DNA of 62,345 nt, counting the filler, from Bonamia ostreae (Eukaryota), in assembly GCA_040357525.1 (NCBI GenBank). It is 18 parts of 18 records of this genome, joined end to end, with 100 filler letters (N's around TTAATTAATTAA, not from the genome) between each part and the next. Parts side by side here need not be neighbours in the genome. Positions count along the whole stretch, not along the records: positions 55,557 to 58,902 come from JBDODL010000530.1; positions 59,003 to 62,345 come from JBDODL010000531.1; 16 more parts are not named here. One strand, written 5' to 3'. Position numbers and translations under genes: made by a program. Below, piece by piece: positions 58,473 through 62,345 of this stretch. Under the pieces are notes generated by a model. The model worked only from the letters and a program-made list of their open reading frames with translations, searched no databases and had not been told where the DNA came from. Every line of letters begins with the position of its first letter. Positions within the stretch are counted from its first letter, which is position 1.

Positions 58473-58706
58473 TCAAAATATGTCTTCAGACGCTGTTCCA
58501 ACGTTGTTCCCGATTCGTGCCAAGAACCCGCTCAAAGCGATCAATCCTGTGTTCGCCACAATGGCGAAACCGCCGAAATAGCTCTTCGGATCGCAGTATT
58601 TGCAAATGTAGTCTTCGTTTAATATGATGAACGCGTACATTACTCCAGAGAAAATGAAAACTATTGACAGCACCAGAAATATTTTCGAGATATTATCTTC
58701 TTCCAC
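58473..58706 (-). CDS. Small two-TM membrane protein fragment
   Basis: Hydrophobic IFLVLSIVFIFSGVMYAFII and FGGFAIVANTGLIALSGFLA; boundaries uncertain. Confidence 0.45.
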   Translation of the reverse strand: MEEDNISKIFLVLSIVFIFSGVMYAFIILNEDYICKYCDPKSYFGGFAIVANTGLIALSGFLARIGNNVGTASEDIF

Positions 58707-58790
58707 TTTTAAACATTTTTAGGAAAACTGTTTTGATTGATGCTTTGCGTGTTCACCAGCATTAAACTATTCAGAATTTAATAAATGGTT

Positions 58791-58902
58791 GAGATTGAAA
58801 TATTTATTTTTGGAGATTGAAATGTTTATTTTTCGGAGATTGAAATATTTATTTTTCGGAGATTGAAATATTTATTTTTCGGAGATTGAAATATTTATTT
58901 TT
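58791..58902. repeat. 23-bp tandem repeat, ~5 copies, at the contig end
   Basis: GAGATTGAAATATTTATTTTTCG units. Confidence 0.9.
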
Positions 58903-59002
58903 NNNNNNNNNNNNNNNNNNNNNNNNNNNNNNNNNNNNNNNNNNNNTTAATTAATTAANNNNNNNNNNNNNNNNNNNNNNNNNNNNNNNNNNNNNNNNNN
59001 NN

Positions 59003-59298
59003 TGCAAATCTCAACCTTTTTGGCCCAGTGATTCCTGATAAGAGTTTTAAATGACACTCATCCTATGTTTGTATTCTCGTGATAATCTCCGCTTTGAAGG
59101 GGTGTGACCTTTGATGTAATCAAACGTGAATTCCCCTCAGCCATGGATGATTAGTACCACGTTTGATTGAAATTTGCCCAGTTGTTCTGGAGATGATGAG
59201 AATGTGAAAAGAAGATGGATAACCGAGCGACAGACAGACGACATACAAAATGTGATAATAATTCCTCACTTGAGCTTTCAGTCCAGGTGAGCTTAAAA
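59003..59298 (-). mobile_element. Bivalve-type non-autonomous Helitron/Helentron-like interspersed repeat fragment (host DNA)
   Basis: The minus strand reads TTAAGCTCACCTGGACTGAAAGCTCAAGTGAG...CGTCTGTCTGTC...CTCCAGAACAACTGGGCAAATTTCAATCAAAC. I recognise this layout (subterminal inverted repeat, short microsatellite, core repeat) from oyster elements; it was not database-checked. Confidence 0.7.
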
Positions 59299-61469
59299 AA
59301 CATATGCAGACGAATAACGTCTTCCGCTGAATCAATAAAATGTTGTCTTGTGTGCATACTTCTTTTCAATGCTGACTTTGAATATTAAGTTTTCCCCACA
59401 TTAAAAAAAATTGACCAAAAGATATCCTTTTGGATTCACATATAGTGACGACGTCCAGTGCTAGAGATTCGATTAATGTTGAACACTTGGATTGTACAAA
59501 TAAATAGACATGTTACATGTATGTCGAGTAAATAACATTTTATCGACATGACATTCCCTGCATTTAATTTAGAAATTCGTACTCATAAATATCACACTGA
59601 CAAATTGAAAACGACTTGTAACATTTGATCGCATTAATAACGGTGCATATCGTGTATTCTTCGTTACACTTAGCGAAATATCTTTATGTCCAAAATTTTT
59701 AGCAACCCTTATTTCTACCCCTGCAACTTAATTTTCATTAAGAATATCCCTAGCTTACATGGATATCTCATTGACTGAAATGTATGATTCAATGTTGACA
59801 TAAAATACACAATTTGTTATTAAAAACAAAGTTCCTTAGTCTGTTGAAATAAGTTTCTATATTATATTAAACAGTCTGGTAAAGCTAAACAGCATTGATT
59901 TGATATTGAATTAATTCATGTGTCTATTCTATTGTATTGTGAAATGAACACTTCGCTTCTTTTCTCAAACAATCTGCATTTATTCAAACTGCAATTTTTA
60001 AATGTATCTTTACCTACTATAAATTATAATTATCAATGCATGGTGAGTGACAAGATATTCCTCCGGCTACTGTCTCCTGTGATGTTTATTGATTACCAAA
60101 TGCATGTTTGCATTTTTGGAATTACAAAATTTGAACCTGATTGCTGCAGATCATTTAGCAATTTCACACGGTTGCATAATCTTATCCTTGATTCCAATGC
60201 CAGTTTGGTCATGGTCGTTTTTACCTTCATCGGCAAATCTTAAAATTACGGTTCTTTGAAAATGCCATGTTTACTCGTTATAATTTACATGTAAAGTTAA
60301 CATTCTTATTATCATTATAATACGAGATTTGTCAAACGCAAATATAAATAAGATTAACATAAAAACCTATACATTACAAAATCTGTAAAACACATTGAAA
60401 CATTGAAAGTAAATTAAATCAGACAAATGTACATCACATTGAAAATCTTGAAATAAGATGATGTCACGCGATCTAGTCTAAATACTTTGCGTAAAACGGC
60501 ATTTAATCAAATAAAAATTATGTCTGAAGAGTTAACAGCATTGACATGAAAGGAAATTAACAGTACTGAAAATGTACATTATCAGATTGATAATAAAATG
60601 CAATATAAAAGGAATGTATTTTAAGATATTCCTTAAAAGAATTTAGGTTGTGTTCACGCCCAGTACATATATCTACAGGAAGTATTGCCACACTAACATG
60701 GAAATGGTTGTTTCCGATCCCTATAACTTGGTTTGAGCACAAGGTTGGGCTAAATGTTCAGCTCCAATTCTCAAAACGCGATGCCCGCGCTGGAAGGTAC
60801 ATATACAAGTTTACTAAATCTTGAATATATACAGACAAAACCCAATGTTATTTACATGTGATAGAAATATGTAATGGGTTTGGAATCCTCCTGGCAATCA
60901 CTGCAGTAAAATCAAGTTTACTTCAAGTATACACATTGCGATTCATAAGCTGATATTAGACAAGATCTTCTCCATCTTAGTCGATGCCATATTCCCGGTT
61001 GCTGACGGTTTGTTGATCTCGTAATGTAATCTGACGGTAGACGCACCATGTATCCAACAGATCTATCGTTTCTAAACCATGGACTAGAGCTTACGTATTA
61101 AGAAAAGTCTTGTCAAACTATGAATTCCAGGTTAAATTAAGATGTCACGGATTACTTGTACTTCAACGTATTCGTTGATATTTGTCACCGAGGTGGGGTC
61201 CTATTGTATGGGAATCAAATATGTTCCTCTGATACTACAACTCTTTCTTTATACTATTTCATTAAAATATATTGTTGAGCGGAACGGAATGAACTACATC
61301 ATATTGCTTGTGCACCGATATACCATGATTCGTTAGGATATTCTGAATGATTACGTTTGTAAAGTTTTCATTTTTCTTCGAATTTATTACCATACATTCG
61401 AAATTATGGGTGAACTTCCCTGTGAATTTACTGAAACTCTCTGTTTGTTCTAAATTGCGTCTAGAAAAA

Positions 61470-62237
61470 TTATTCCGATGATTCCTTGAATTTGATTGAT
61501 TTAATCCCTTTCTGTTTGTCCTCTATTTGTCCCATTGTATTTTCAAGTTGATCTTTGTCGGAATTTGGCAAGGAGCCGAAGAGCTGGTGTAAGCTAATGT
61601 TTAATTCGGTAAGAGGAGTTATTAGAGGCTCCAGGGCATAGGCATTGGTTGTTTCCAGCTNNNNNNNNNNTCTACATACATTTCGTGTAATTTGCAAGAC
61701 ATCAACTGTGAGGTTAATACGTTGCTTAACTGCAAATATTTCAGTGTTTAGATCTTGTATTATTTGTTGTTGGTCCTGCATTTTCTGTTTCAAGCCTTCG
61801 CTTGTGTTTTTTATATTTTCTAGCTCTGTGTTTTTCCGTTGTAGACTTGTTTTTAATGCATTATATTTTGATTCTTCCTGGCGTTTGAGATTTTCAAAAT
61901 TTTCTTTCCTTTTTTCCAGTGCTAAAATTCCTACACATGCTCCTGAGGCAAATATAACTGGTATCGTCAATGGGACGAATAAACTAGCAACCGTTGCAAT
62001 ACCACCGGCAACACGAATTAAATACTGCCGAGATCTAGCATCCTTAATTTCAGCCTCGAATCTCCATATATTTTCACCTGCATCTTTGATATTGTTCAGA
62101 GATATTTGCTGTGCATGTTTAGCTTCATTTATCTGGTCTTCGCAATTTGAAATTTTTGTTTCATTACCTTTTTGTTCCGATGAAACAATGCGCAGTTTTT
62201 CATCGGCTTGGCATTTTTGTTGTGTTAGCATCTCCAT
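61470..62237 (-). CDS. Host-contig coiled-coil protein with a central hydrophobic hairpin
   Basis: Long open exon; coiled coils flank IRVAGGIATVASLFVPLTIPVIFASGACVGILAL; a 10-N gap lies inside. Confidence 0.6.
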   Translation of the reverse strand: MEMLTQQKCQADEKLRIVSSEQKGNETKISNCEDQINEAKHAQQISLNNIKDAGENIWRFEAEIKDARSRQYLIRVAGGIATVASLFVPLTIPVIFASGACVGILALEKRKENFENLKRQEESKYNALKTSLQRKNTELENIKNTSEGLKQKMQDQQQIIQDLNTEIFAVKQRINLTVDVLQITRNVCRXXXXLETTNAYALEPLITPLTELNISLHQLFGSLPNSDKDQLENTMGQIEDKQKGIKSIKFKESSE

Positions 62238-62345
62238 TTTTTCTTCGTGCTCTTCTTTACATTTTTCAGTGCAAGAAGCGATATTTTGAAAACAAGCCTG
62301 TAACTTAATGCAGCAAGGGGCTATTTCCTTTTCACAGTATACACT

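Noticed and set aside
1-62345. tRNA or rRNA genes
   Set aside because: No T-loop/D-loop cloverleaf or rRNA signature was noticed by eye; a tRNAscan/Infernal run would be needed to exclude them.

Overview
This is not a contiguous locus. It is 18 unrelated contigs of about 3.35-3.4 kb, sorted by decreasing length and joined by artificial 100-nt linkers (N44-TTAATTAATTAA-N44). Fifteen contigs come from a very compact, AT-rich eukaryotic (protist) genome. They show wall-to-wall genes, intergenic gaps down to 13-50 bp, and many tiny GT-AG introns (19-36 nt). The intron donors are overwhelmingly GTT rather than GTRAGT. Three contigs (27873-31241, 38279-41640, 59003-62345) look metazoan, and one of them carries a bivalve-type interspersed repeat. 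The data therefore most likely derive from an oyster parasite co-assembled with host DNA, probably an ascetosporean/haplosporidian such as Bonamia (inference, not proven). Genes recognised after manual splicing: Der/EngA, mitochondrial uS11, SerRS, SMG8, EBP2, transportin, ZIP11, kanadaptin, CNOT10, adenylosuccinate synthetase, a PPR protein, a TTL-family ligase, PFKFB, ACSF3-like, NNT, importin-11-like, MATH-BTB, GluRS, TM-RGS, GRWD1, RPP21, RBM42, FTSJ1, UTP25, IleRS and a Zn2Cys6-PAS transcription factor. The most interesting signals are: the divergent GTT-donor micro-intron splicing code; near-zero promoter space; a stand-alone 68-aa PDCD4-N-like microprotein; a candidate structured ncRNA or pseudoknot at ~31535-31697; and a pair of divergent 4CXXC-like zinc-finger paralogues. 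All exon structures are hand-inferred and lack transcript support.
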